In this document: piece after piece, positions 51,189-60,155 of the stretch
How the letters are laid out: every line of letters begins with the position of its first letter
Numbering within the stretch: position 1 is the stretch's first letter
Virus record (IMG/VR): IMGVR_UViG_3300009079_000019
Span: 1-64,000 of that record
Direction: 5' to 3' (one strand)
DNA from: an uncultured virus (IMG/VR IMGVR_UViG_3300009079_000019)
Lineage: Duplodnaviria; Heunggongvirae; Uroviricota; Caudoviricetes
Length of the DNA: 64,000 bases
Translations under genes and position numbers: made by a program
Notes under the pieces: generated by a model
What the model was told of the DNA's origin: nothing
Database searches by the model: none
The model's input: only the letters and a program-made list of their open reading frames with translations

Positions 51189-52463
51189 TTATTGAGTGAG
51201 GGATTGGAGAGTGGCATCGGGCAGGCGGACGGGGTAGAAGGTGAGGCGGGCGATGTGTTTGGTGGCGCCCACATTTGGTCCAATGGAAATCGCAGACAAC
51301 CCTGTAACTGCGTTGAATAATGATCCAGTTAGTGGCGCTGCTCCATCCTTACTAGCACTATAGGTAAGAGATGTATTTGACAAGGCTTGAGCAACCTTGA
51401 ATGATTGCGGAGACGAAGTAAATGTTCCAAGATTCCTAGTATGTGTATCCGATCCAATGGTAAGGTGATTAACTGTTCCGTTAAGATACAGCATCCATAA
51501 TCTATTTGGATATCCTCCTATTTCGTAAATAGATGGAAAAACAGAAGATGTGGACAAGGAAAAGTTAAGACTGGCTTGAGCAAACAAAGTGCCCTCGCTT
51601 TGGTTATACCAACTTGAAAAGTTAGTCCCCGTAATGCTCGCCACATCAGCAGCGCGGGTGACGGTGGCGGAAGTGGTGGGGATGTAGGAGGTGGGGAAGG
51701 AGCCCGCTTCTAGTTGAAACCCCCAAGCAAAAAATCCGTCCCCGCTTGCTCCTGTCCCAAAAACCAATAAAGCAGGTTCTTCATCATCGGTGGAGGCGGA
51801 TGTCCCTGTGACCGAACATCTATACCAGCCATTGCCAGCGGAGGAAATTTGAGCAGACGTTCCGCTAGACAATACATAACTTCCGCTTCCAGTCAGTGTA
51901 AATGCTGCTGAAAACCCTAACCCACCTCCGTCCCGAACATCACCGTAAAGTTGAACCGTTGTAATTTCTGCTGCTTTCAAAAAGCAGCTAAGAGTGTAAG
52001 CGGTCCCATTGGTAACTGGAATGGATTGCCTATTGTATTTACCCCAGAAAGCGCCACTAGTGCCTGTATTCCTTGTCAATTTTGATGCCGTTAAAGTCCC
52101 ATCTGGCGCAACAGTTGCATTTTCCGTAAATCCACCGCCATCATATCCAATGGAATAGTTGGTGTTGTTAAAAGCTTGGCTGTAAGTAATCAAATTCGTC
52201 CTCGCCTCCTCCACCAACATCCCAAGACTTTCCCCCGTCGTTGGGTTGTGATCGAAGCGCGGGACGTTATTGCCAGCGGTCTTGATCAGGCCATCGGCAC
52301 CGACGTAGGTGGCAACTGAGGCGCCGGTCATGACGCGGGTGAACGTGATAAGATTATTTCCACTAATTCTATCAACCAAACTTTTTTTATCAGCAAAAGT
52401 TAGGTCTAATGAAGGAACTCCGTATGCTTTATATAAGTTTTTTGCTCCAAGTTCAATTCCCAT
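51189..52463 (-). CDS. Spike/fibre-like protein with carbohydrate-binding-type domains
   Basis: PRFDH..GLLVEE.RTN-like, GNGWYRCSV, QLEAGSFPTSYIPT; CATAAATA at 52487-52494. Confidence 0.75.
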   Translation of the reverse strand: MGIELGAKNLYKAYGVPSLDLTFADKKSLVDRISGNNLITFTRVMTGASVATYVGADGLIKTAGNNVPRFDHNPTTGESLGMLVEEARTNLITYSQAFNNTNYSIGYDGGGFTENATVAPDGTLTASKLTRNTGTSGAFWGKYNRQSIPVTNGTAYTLSCFLKAAEITTVQLYGDVRDGGGLGFSAAFTLTGSGSYVLSSGTSAQISSAGNGWYRCSVTGTSASTDDEEPALLVFGTGASGDGFFAWGFQLEAGSFPTSYIPTTSATVTRAADVASITGTNFSSWYNQSEGTLFAQASLNFSLSTSSVFPSIYEIGGYPNRLWMLYLNGTVNHLTIGSDTHTRNLGTFTSSPQSFKVAQALSNTSLTYSASKDGAAPLTGSLFNAVTGLSAISIGPNVGATKHIARLTFYPVRLPDATLQSLTQ

Positions 52464-52505
52464 TCTCTCTCAATATCTCTTTGTCTTATTTATGAGTACT
52501 CGGTA

Positions 52506-52850
52506 CTACTCATCCCAAGGTGCTTTACGATTCATAAGTTCTTTCAACCTCTCCATTATAGCAGCATTTGGAGGTTCATTCAACATTTCTACAATAGCAT
52601 CATAATCTTCTCGGTGTAGTACAATCTGCTCTGCTTTGGCACCTTTACCCCAGAACTTCTCAAACTCCCAATCATACTCCATATCACACCATCCAGAGTT
52701 GATAGAATACCAGAAGTCCCAGTATCTTTGATGGTCGTCCATTCTCCAATTAGAATGGTTAGTAAGACGAAACCAATACCAAAAACTGGTGTGCCGAAGA
52801 TACTTGTTGCCGATTATAAGTTTGTTTAGAAATATGGGAAAGTCCATCAT
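52506..52850 (-). CDS. Trp-rich hypothetical protein
   Basis: First ORF after a repeat. Confidence 0.65.
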   Translation of the reverse strand: MMDFPIFLNKLIIGNKYLRHTSFWYWFRLTNHSNWRMDDHQRYWDFWYSINSGWCDMEYDWEFEKFWGKGAKAEQIVLHREDYDAIVEMLNEPPNAAIMERLKELMNRKAPWDE

Positions 52851-52915
52851 TCTCCTTGTAATACAGATATTATACCAAAATCTCAATAAAAATCAAGTCT
52901 CCTTGTGCCAGTTCG

Positions 52916-53662
52916 TCAGGTGTCACATAGTTTTTTTCCACGACCACGAACCCAATTTTCTCCGGGACATTCTTCAGTAAATTTAGTATTTCCTTTGCCA
53001 TCGTTCCACCATTTTTTATCTTTATTTGCCTCACCTATTTTTCTTTTAGTTTCTTCTGAAGGTGATTTGCCGTAAAGATAGTGTTTTTCTCCACTATATT
53101 TACCTTTAAGTGCTTCACTCTGTTTTCTTCTGCTTTCTTCTGAACGTGATTTACCGTACATAGCATTATTTTCACCTTTCTGTGCCTCACTCATTCTTTT
53201 TCTGGTTTCTTCAGAAGGAGATTTTTCATAATTATGATTTTTTTCACCTTTCTGCCTCTCACTTAATTTTTTTCTGGTTTCTTCAGAAGGAGATTTCCCA
53301 TAATTATGAGAATTCTTACCTCGTTTACCGTATTGGGGATTATTTTTACCTTTCTTTGCTTCACCAATCTTTCTTCTGGTTTCTTCACTTTTAATAGTGC
53401 CAGAAGCACCTTCACCACCATTAGTTCTATTATGAAGAATACCAGTTCCTAAATCCTTTCTTCCGAAGATAGCAATCATATAAATTTCGTGCCTGAATGC
53501 TTCTTGTTCTGATAGGTTTTGTTTTAGGAATATTATTCTTGATTTATCTTTTGGTGGTTTTAGTCCTTTTCTATTGGTGGAATAAATTCTTCCTCCAGTT
53601 CCTTTACCAACATAATAAGGTGTCTTATCTTCACGCAAATATGCGTAAGTGTAGTAATACAT
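52916..53662 (-). CDS. GIY-YIG-type homing endonuclease with NUMOD3 repeats
   Basis: YYTYAY..YYVGKG, NRTNGGEG and repeated SEETRKK. Confidence 0.9.
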   Translation of the reverse strand: MYYYTYAYLREDKTPYYVGKGTGGRIYSTNRKGLKPPKDKSRIIFLKQNLSEQEAFRHEIYMIAIFGRKDLGTGILHNRTNGGEGASGTIKSEETRRKIGEAKKGKNNPQYGKRGKNSHNYGKSPSEETRKKLSERQKGEKNHNYEKSPSEETRKRMSEAQKGENNAMYGKSRSEESRRKQSEALKGKYSGEKHYLYGKSPSEETKRKIGEANKDKKWWNDGKGNTKFTEECPGENWVRGRGKKLCDT

Positions 53663-53663
53663 C

Positions 53664-53755
53664 TGCTTCTAAATTGAGTTCGCAATACTATTTATACAAG
53701 AAAAGGTGCCAAAATGCACCTTTTCCACTCTTATGGATGCGAACTCATTAGAGCA
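53664..53755 (-). promoter_or_regulatory. Hairpin covering the translation start region, with internal late promoter
   Basis: 53675-84 pairs with 53738-47; TATAAATA at 53689-96; inner hairpin 53701-24. Confidence 0.7.
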
Positions 53756-53766
53756 TTATTATTTAT

Positions 53767-53994
53767 TCACCATCTTCCTAATCGTAGTTTGCGTTCTTCT
53801 GATATGTATGGATTGTAAGGGTCATCATAAGGATAGACATATTCACAACACCAACCCCAACTGAGAGACTCCCAGAAGTCATCATAACCATAAGGTTCTG
53901 GAGTATTATAACAAGATATGATGTATGAGATGTTGCGGAAACCCTCAATAAACCACTCACATTTAGTCATTTTCCAGTATTCTTTCCAAGTCAT
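53767..53994 (-). CDS. Trp-rich hypothetical protein
   Basis: ATGA-coupled. Confidence 0.6.
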   Translation of the reverse strand: MTWKEYWKMTKCEWFIEGFRNISYIISCYNTPEPYGYDDFWESLSWGWCCEYVYPYDDPYNPYISEERKLRLGRW

Positions 53995-54146
53995 TCCCAT
54001 TCCTCACTATCATAATACATTTGATACCAACCATAGTTTAGTTCCTCAAAAAATGCCAGTCTGTCTATGTTGTCATTATACTCGTAAAATCTGAAATAGA
54101 ATACATTACGCCAGTGCCAATAAGCATCTTCAATCCAAGTCTTCAT
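53991..54146 (-). CDS. Trp-rich 51-aa protein
   Basis: MKTWIEDAYWHW...; ATGA-coupled on both sides. Confidence 0.6.
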   Translation of the reverse strand: MKTWIEDAYWHWRNVFYFRFYEYNDNIDRLAFFEELNYGWYQMYYDSEEWE

Positions 54147-54340
54147 TTTCCTTCCAGTTCGTTTGCGATGGCAAGGAGTTCATCTGCGTCACACTCCCGG
54201 TATCGTTGTGTGTGAGCAACAGCAGCACGGAGGGCAGCGGCGGCAGCAGCATTTGGTAGGTATCCGGCCGACCAATCCAGGCTTGATTTAGCGGCATTTG
54301 ACACTGCCTGTGCGGCAGGAGAGAGTTGTTTGTAAGTCAT
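54143..54340 (-). CDS. Hypothetical protein
   Basis: LSPAAQAV...LLAIANELEGK. Confidence 0.65.
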   Translation of the reverse strand: MTYKQLSPAAQAVSNAAKSSLDWSAGYLPNAAAAAALRAAVAHTQRYRECDADELLAIANELEGK

Positions 54341-54522
54341 TTTCCTTCCAGTTCCTGTTTGATTTGTTTGAGGTTCATTCCTGCCCAAATATCAAGGGCA
54401 ATATCTGCTTTTTGAATTGCGGTCCAGAGTTTAGGATAGTCTCTCCAATCCACAACATCATCATCAATTGCTATAAGCAAATCAAGAATACAGATTTTGT
54501 AGAGTTTTTCTGTTTCAGTCAT
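54337..54522 (-). CDS. Hypothetical protein
   Basis: ATGA-coupled. Confidence 0.65.
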   Translation of the reverse strand: MTETEKLYKICILDLLIAIDDDVVDWRDYPKLWTAIQKADIALDIWAGMNLKQIKQELEGK

Positions 54523-54743
54523 TTTCCTTCAATTTCATCTAAAACACCAGCAGCATAAGAACCAAAGTCAATCTCACCTAACTCTGTATCACCACAATAC
54601 TCGGGCACATTCTCCATCATAAATTCATCAAGATAAAGAAACACACGAATTGCTCTGCGTTTATCGTGCTCGGTGATTATGGTATGAGGTTCCGCAATAG
54701 TTTTCGCAACCATATCAAAGAATTGTTTCATAGTAATGTTCAT
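54519..54743 (-). CDS. Hypothetical protein
   Basis: First ORF after a repeat. Confidence 0.65.
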   Translation of the reverse strand: MNITMKQFFDMVAKTIAEPHTIITEHDKRRAIRVFLYLDEFMMENVPEYCGDTELGEIDFGSYAAGVLDEIEGK

Positions 54744-54782
54744 TTGCTGTTTGCGAATTGCGTATGAGACTATTATAGGGCA

Positions 54783-54998
54783 TCAAGGGGCATCAGTGGG
54801 ATGCTCTTGTGCCAGTTCGTCAGGTGTCTCATCACTCAAAGAAACCCTGAGATTATCACCCCCAATATGAAGGTGAAATATCCTTCCATCATTCAAGTAT
54901 ATTCCACACCAATATACATCAGTATCCATATTTTCCCAGTGAACCATCTTCACATCTTCCAACACAAACTCATCAGGATTGGTAAGTCTTTCAGTCAT
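54783..54998 (-). CDS. Hypothetical protein
   Basis: Reads through the palindrome. Confidence 0.65.
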   Translation of the reverse strand: MTERLTNPDEFVLEDVKMVHWENMDTDVYWCGIYLNDGRIFHLHIGGDNLRVSLSDETPDELAQEHPTDAP

Positions 54999-55219
54999 TT
55001 TGCTTCCCAGAGTTTTCCTTCCATACCACATTCGCGAAACCTTCTTGTAGCATCACAATAACGACCATCAGTTTTTCCAGTCACAACATTTCCAGTTATA
55101 AGTGGATGTAAGCACAAATCAAATGTGTCCCCAGAACCAGTAATATGAGCAGACCAATCTTTTTTATAGTGCTTACAATCCTTACATAATTTTATTTCAG
55201 TCATTGGTAATTCTTTCAT
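54995..55219 (-). CDS. Cys-rich small protein
   Basis: CKDCKH..C..C...CG.EGKLW. Confidence 0.65.
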   Translation of the reverse strand: MKELPMTEIKLCKDCKHYKKDWSAHITGSGDTFDLCLHPLITGNVVTGKTDGRYCDATRRFRECGMEGKLWEAK

Positions 55220-55437
55220 TCTCTTGAGTCATACAAATAAGCAACCAGTTTTACAATATGGCAATGGTCTTTGATAAATCCAAGTTCATTTAGTGCGTAT
55301 TCTGCGTCCTCTTCAAGAAGATAGATTTTCTCTGTGGTTTTATGTAAATCCACATAGATTTCACCATCTTTTCGTTTCTGCATCACCACATAAAATATGT
55401 GCCCCGACTTTGTGGGTATTGGAGTTGTAGTATTCAT
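55216..55437 (-). CDS. Hypothetical protein
   Basis: ATGA-coupled. Confidence 0.6.
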   Translation of the reverse strand: MNTTTPIPTKSGHIFYVVMQKRKDGEIYVDLHKTTEKIYLLEEDAEYALNELGFIKDHCHIVKLVAYLYDSRE

Positions 55438-55700
55438 TGATAAGGATTGGGTAGATTTTTGATGATTTCAGTAAAGAAAGCAAGACGGTCTTTGGTATAA
55501 GCAACATCTACATTATGTGTCTCACAGAGTTTCATAATCTTCATAGTCTTTTCGTTGTAAAAAGAGTATCCGTCAAATTGCCCGTACTCAACATTATCAA
55601 GAAGTGATTCCTTCATCAGCTCAAAGAGTTGAAAAAGTTCTTGTTGAGTGAGTTCTACTTGTCGTTCAGTTTGTTGGTGCCCGTTGAATGTGATTTTCAT
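55434..55700 (-). CDS. Hypothetical protein
   Basis: ORF within an operon. Confidence 0.65.
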   Translation of the reverse strand: MKITFNGHQQTERQVELTQQELFQLFELMKESLLDNVEYGQFDGYSFYNEKTMKIMKLCETHNVDVAYTKDRLAFFTEIIKNLPNPYQ

Positions 55701-55701
55701 T

Positions 55702-55962
55702 TTAGTTTACAGAATAAAGTTCAAGAATACGACGGGCAACACAAATGGAAAGTTCTTTGTTGCCGATAGACATATCTTCGGTGATGTTTTTAGAACCTTC
55801 TTCAAGTCCTTTTTCACTTGAACGAATGTAAATTCCACCATTATCAGCATTTAGTTCTACACGATAAACCATTTCCTCTGCTTCATCGGTGAGTTCATAA
55901 ACATCGGTCAAATTATGAACAATTTGAGTTCCGGGAACGATATTGTAAGGTTGAAAAGTCAT
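55702..55962 (-). CDS. Hypothetical protein
   Basis: First ORF after a repeat. Confidence 0.65.
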   Translation of the reverse strand: MTFQPYNIVPGTQIVHNLTDVYELTDEAEEMVYRVELNADNGGIYIRSSEKGLEEGSKNITEDMSIGNKELSICVARRILELYSVN

Positions 55963-56033
55963 TGGAGTTCTGTGTGTTCTTATGTATTATAAGGCATCTG
56001 GTGCCCCTGTGGAGGGGTGTCTGTGCCAGTTCG

Positions 56034-56534
56034 TCAGGTGTCCAACAGTGCCTTAAGAGACTTAAGTGTAGATTTAAGTTTCTCATTTTCTTCCTCAAGT
56101 TCTTTAATCTTGAGGTCTTTATCATCTTGAAGAACTTCTTTCTTCTCAAGAATGGTTCCAGTTACGTTAGCACCCACAAGGTTAGCACCCTCAAGGTTAG
56201 CACCCTCAAGGTTAGCACCCTTAAGGTCAGCACCCTTAAGGTTAGCATACCTAAGGTTAGCATCCTCAAGGTCAGCACCCTCAAGGTAAGCACCCTGAAG
56301 GTTAGCATCCCGAAGGTCGGCACCCACAAGGTTAGCACCCTTAAGGTCAGCACCCTCAAGGTTAGCACCCCGAAGGTTAGCATCCTCAAGGTCAGCACCC
56401 ACAAGGTTAGCACCCTCAAGGTCGGCACCCTCAAGGTTAGCACCCTTAAGGTTAGCATCCCGAAGGTTAGCACCCCAAAGGTCAGCACCTTTAAGGTTAG
56501 CAAAGGGTTTGATTTCGTATCCGTTGATGTTCAT
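56034..56534 (-). CDS. Pentapeptide repeat protein with C-terminal coiled coil
   Basis: More than 20 tandem A(N/D)LxG units. Confidence 0.92.
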   Translation of the reverse strand: MNINGYEIKPFANLKGADLWGANLRDANLKGANLEGADLEGANLVGADLEDANLRGANLEGADLKGANLVGADLRDANLQGAYLEGADLEDANLRYANLKGADLKGANLEGANLEGANLVGANVTGTILEKKEVLQDDKDLKIKELEEENEKLKSTLKSLKALLDT

Positions 56535-56602
56535 CAGGTTTCTGTGTGTATGAGACTATTATAGGGCATCTGGTGCCCCTGTGGAGGGGGTCTGTGCTGT
56601 CC

Positions 56603-56953
56603 TCAAACCCAAGTTATTACATTTGCCTTTGGGTGTTCTTTACAAGCACCCAACACCTTTTCCACAAAGGGAACAAAGTCTTTATAAGTTCCCCAACCAT
56701 TAGAAGCATCAAACTGCTTATAATGCTCTGGATGAGATTTGAGTTTTAGAAGTCCTGCCTCAAGATGTGGAATAAGTTTATCAGCAGTTGGATTTTCATA
56801 AAGGTCATCAGGATGCCACAGACACTTATAGATGCCTGCTTCTTCTGCCATCGTATTCAGGTTGTGAGTGATGTTTCCAGAATACAACTCAACCTTATGA
56901 GGTTCAGGTGCTCCCGTATCAACTTCAATTTCCAACGAAATATCAAGAGACAT
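56603..56953 (-). CDS. Conserved-type phage hypothetical protein
   Basis: MSLD, NITHNL and NGWGTY motifs. Confidence 0.75.
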   Translation of the reverse strand: MSLDISLEIEVDTGAPEPHKVELYSGNITHNLNTMAEEAGIYKCLWHPDDLYENPTADKLIPHLEAGLLKLKSHPEHYKQFDASNGWGTYKDFVPFVEKVLGACKEHPKANVITWV

Positions 56954-56977
56954 AATGTGTTTGTGCTTATGAGACTA

Positions 56978-57229
56978 TTATAGGGCATCCACAGGGGGAT
57001 TGGTGGGGTCTTGTGCCAGTGTCTCAAGTGTCACAGTCTCCCGAAGTTCTTTAATGAGTTCCTGTAAATCTCTTACATCTATGAGATCTTCACCCTCACC
57101 ATCAGTATATGAATATTCCAGTATAACAAACTCCAGAGCAGCAGCAATTACTTTCTCTCTGTTTCCTCTTTTAGGTCGCAGAGTATGAGGCATCGTTGCT
57201 TCTATAATTCGGTCTGCTGGTGATAACAT
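56978..57229 (-). CDS. Hypothetical protein
   Basis: Reads through the palindrome. Confidence 0.6.
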   Translation of the reverse strand: MLSPADRIIEATMPHTLRPKRGNREKVIAAALEFVILEYSYTDGEGEDLIDVRDLQELIKELRETVTLETLAQDPTNPPVDAL

Positions 57230-57549
57230 TATGCTACACCCTCCGCACTATCTTTGAATTCTTTTACTTTTTCAAGGAATGAAATTGATTGTTGATAAAG
57301 TGCCTCAATCAAGTCCTCAATATCACTAATTGCGATATGAGTGTATTCTTGATTGAGGTTTTCACAACGGAGAGCATCAATCATAGACTGAAATGCGATA
57401 ATTTGTTGCTGTTCCATCGTTACGGGTGTTCCCCAAGAAAGTCCAGAAGTTTCAAGATTATGGAAATCATTATACCGTTGAAGAATACGATTACTTCTTT
57501 CTCTCCGTGCTGCTTCTTCAATCATTTCATCAAGTGTAGGGTCAGTCAT
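57229..57549 (-). CDS. Hypothetical protein
   Basis: Coupled ORF. Confidence 0.65.
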   Translation of the reverse strand: MTDPTLDEMIEEAARRERSNRILQRYNDFHNLETSGLSWGTPVTMEQQQIIAFQSMIDALRCENLNQEYTHIAISDIEDLIEALYQQSISFLEKVKEFKDSAEGVA

Positions 57550-57797
57550 AAGTTCTCCAGTTCATCAACAAGTTTAAGAATGTCTTTTACATTTACGACA
57601 TTAATTCCGTGGTCTCCATCAATATTGAAGTTATTATATCCAAGTTCTTCTGCTAATGTTCTCAATACGGCAGCATACTCATAATAAGTTTTAGTAATCA
57701 TAGGGTCTCTACCCTCACGAATAAGTTTCCCCAAAGTAGGAGAACCTTCGGCAACATTTCGTGCTGCTGCTATAATTTTTTGTGCTGTTTCAGTCAT
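57546..57797 (-). CDS. Hypothetical protein
   Basis: Coupled ORF. Confidence 0.65.
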   Translation of the reverse strand: MTETAQKIIAAARNVAEGSPTLGKLIREGRDPMITKTYYEYAAVLRTLAEELGYNNFNIDGDHGINVVNVKDILKLVDELENL

Positions 57798-58143
57798 TCA
57801 GTTTCTCCGCAAGTTCTTCTGGTGTAAATTTGGTTTCTGTAATCATAAGACCCAATACTTCTTTAGATGGATTTTTAACATCATAATCACAGAAGTAGTT
57901 TTTACTACGACTATCTTGATAATAAGTTCTTCCATCCTTATCTTCAAGATAGTTGATGACTCCAGCATAAAGAGATTTATTCTTTTGTCCTTCTACATAC
58001 CTATCTAAAAACTCTGGATGTTTTTGAATAAACTCTGGAGATGTAATATCATCCAAGAAACATCGTTCTTCTTTATGAGGTTCTTCTTTGGAAACTAACC
58101 GAAACCCAAATCGGGTAAGTAGTTTGTTGAATAAGTCAATCAT
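57790..58143 (-). CDS. Hypothetical protein
   Basis: Coupled ORF. Confidence 0.65.
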   Translation of the reverse strand: MIDLFNKLLTRFGFRLVSKEEPHKEERCFLDDITSPEFIQKHPEFLDRYVEGQKNKSLYAGVINYLEDKDGRTYYQDSRSKNYFCDYDVKNPSKEVLGLMITETKFTPEELAEKLND

Positions 58144-58277
58144 TTTGTGCCTCCTGTTTTTCTATAAGTTCTTTCAATTTTTGTTTAGCATAATCCGTGA
58201 GTTCTCTTTTTGATTTTCTCAATTCATCAATTTCACTTTGAGATAGTAGAAACCCGTCTGGAATATTCCCATATTCT

Positions 58278-58472
58278 TCACTCATCTCTTATATCCTTGA
58301 ACCATTTAGCAAATTCAATCCATTTTGTATCGTTGAATGCTTCTGAACGATTGGCAGCACTGTAATCTTGGTTCCCATTTTCAGCACAAAATTTATGAAA
58401 TGCGTGTTTAATCTCACACATCATAAGGTATCGGTGCATATTAACCATTTCGCATATTTGGGCATCAGTCAT
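58278..58472 (-). CDS. Hypothetical protein
   Basis: Coupled ORF. Confidence 0.6.
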   Translation of the reverse strand: MTDAQICEMVNMHRYLMMCEIKHAFHKFCAENGNQDYSAANRSEAFNDTKWIEFAKWFKDIRDE

Positions 58473-58651
58473 CGTTCCCACGCATAAGATTTCAGGAGTT
58501 CGTTGTCTCTTTCAAGTGTCTCAATTTTATCATACAAATCGTCAATAATTTCAATCAAAGCAGGATAAGAAATATTTTCTATGTCCTCCCCGTATTCTGG
58601 GTCATTATAGACATAATATTGAAGTTGTTTCGTAAGGTTGCGTTCAGTCAT
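58469..58651 (-). CDS. Hypothetical protein
   Basis: Coupled ORF. Confidence 0.6.
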   Translation of the reverse strand: MTERNLTKQLQYYVYNDPEYGEDIENISYPALIEIIDDLYDKIETLERDNELLKSYAWER

Positions 58652-58839
58652 TTGTTTTTTTGTTTCTCAAAGTATTCAGTAAGTCCTTCAAATGCTCCAA
58701 TAGAAAAGGCAATCCAACCGGGAGACAATACCCAAATCCAACTCCAATCAATAGTGTGAGTTAGTTTAGCACAAATAAAAAGAAAGAGCAAACTTTCAAA
58801 AATGCCGATTTTCAGTTTACCGATTTTGATTGGGTTCAT
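58648..58839 (-). CDS. Membrane protein
   Basis: AKLTHTIDWSWIWVLSP motif. Confidence 0.65.
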   Translation of the reverse strand: MNPIKIGKLKIGIFESLLFLFICAKLTHTIDWSWIWVLSPGWIAFSIGAFEGLTEYFEKQKNK

Positions 58840-58840
58840 T

Positions 58841-59248
58841 TCAGTTGTCCTCAAATAATGAATTGAATGCTTTGAGATACTCAATCACCCCGCATTTTGG
58901 TTCTTTTGCTTTTTGAAGGACTTCTTCCCAAGTGTATGCTTTACCAACAACTCCTACAACTGGTTCGGGAGTTTCATCAGTCACAAGATAAACATCTTCT
59001 CTATTTTGAGGATGAGAAAATACATCATAATCTTGAGCATATTCAGTCACTTTGTCCATCCAATACTTTTGATTCAGAGTAGAAAAGTATCCGGCATCAT
59101 CAGGATGAATAGTGGGATGAAGTTTCCCATCTTCAATCTTCACGATAAACCTAACACCTTCAAGAATTCGGTCTCCAACAAGATAACCATCAAAAATGGC
59201 AGTATCAAATTGAGTTCCGTCTTCGGATTCAAAATAAAGAGCAGTCAT
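58841..59248 (-). CDS. Hypothetical protein
   Basis: TTGACG..TATAAT promoter upstream. Confidence 0.7.
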   Translation of the reverse strand: MTALYFESEDGTQFDTAIFDGYLVGDRILEGVRFIVKIEDGKLHPTIHPDDAGYFSTLNQKYWMDKVTEYAQDYDVFSHPQNREDVYLVTDETPEPVVGVVGKAYTWEEVLQKAKEPKCGVIEYLKAFNSLFEDN

Positions 59249-59419
59249 AATGTGTTTGTGTTTGTAAGAGTATTATACAGGGTTTCCGTCAATAAACATA
59301 GGGTGATTTGGATAAGAACTCCTAACCATCATCACCCTAATCATAAGAGAACCATAACTCCCAGATTGTTTCATTGGAGTTCCTTTTCTGGTGTGGTTCC
59401 AAGATAGAATACTCATAAG

Positions 59420-59650
59420 TCAATTACTCGCGTATGAAAAATATACACTATCATAACCTTCACGATAACCAACACTATATGCTTTACCAGCAACTACCTT
59501 TACTCCATCACCATATGCTTTATCGGCAACTACAAGAGCAAACTTCACAGCAACCTCACGAAATGCGTTGTTCATAAACAGTTCATCATTAGGAGAAAGA
59601 CCAAACTCACTTCCATCTCCCCAGAGTTCAATAAGTTCTTGTTCGGTCAT
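59420..59650 (-). CDS. Hypothetical protein
   Basis: Coupled ORF. Confidence 0.6.
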   Translation of the reverse strand: MTEQELIELWGDGSEFGLSPNDELFMNNAFREVAVKFALVVADKAYGDGVKVVAGKAYSVGYREGYDSVYFSYASN

Positions 59651-59880
59651 TTGGAGTTCCTTTGTGTTCGTTGTTTTTTAAGTGCTTTGAAGTATTCGTA
59701 TGTGTGAAGTGTAACCACCTCCATCTCAAAGTTGCTTACTAGAATAGTGAAAGAACAAATTGTGACGAGAGCATCAAGTAGTCCGGCAACAGGAGTGAGA
59801 AAACGAAAAATCCAACATTTGAGGGTTAGTTCTTTTCGTTTCCATAAACAGATTTGTGGTTTGAACTGATGGTTTTTCAT
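59647..59880 (-). CDS. Hypothetical membrane protein
   Basis: First ORF after a repeat. Confidence 0.6.
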   Translation of the reverse strand: MKNHQFKPQICLWKRKELTLKCWIFRFLTPVAGLLDALVTICSFTILVSNFEMEVVTLHTYEYFKALKKQRTQRNSK

Positions 59881-59957
59881 CGGTTTGTTTCGTATGAGAC
59901 TATTATAAGGCATCTGGTGCCCCTGTGGAGGGGTCTTGTGCCGGTTTGGGAAGTGTC

Positions 59958-60155
59958 CTACCTCGCATCCTTTTCAAGTGTCTCAATACAGTCCATCCAT
60001 CCAGCATTATAATCGGCATCATACTTGGTTTCTTCTCTATGATGAGTTTTCAACCAGTCCTTTACGACATCCACAATCTCATTCGCAATCACATCACCAG
60101 ATTGAACGGCATCGTGAGTATAATACCATTCTGTAAGTCGTTCGTGGAGTTTCAT
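59958..60155 (-). CDS. Hypothetical protein
   Basis: YNAGW family; stop in palindrome arm. Confidence 0.65.
   Translation of the reverse strand: MKLHERLTEWYYTHDAVQSGDVIANEIVDVVKDWLKTHHREETKYDADYNAGWMDCIETLEKDAR

Noticed and set aside
50893..52463. Diversity-generating retroelement target
   Set aside because: No reverse transcriptase or TR/VR pair seen in the window
55962..56564. KVSTL-repeat and VLTLR-repeat ORFs
   Set aside because: Alternate frames of the pentapeptide repeat gene
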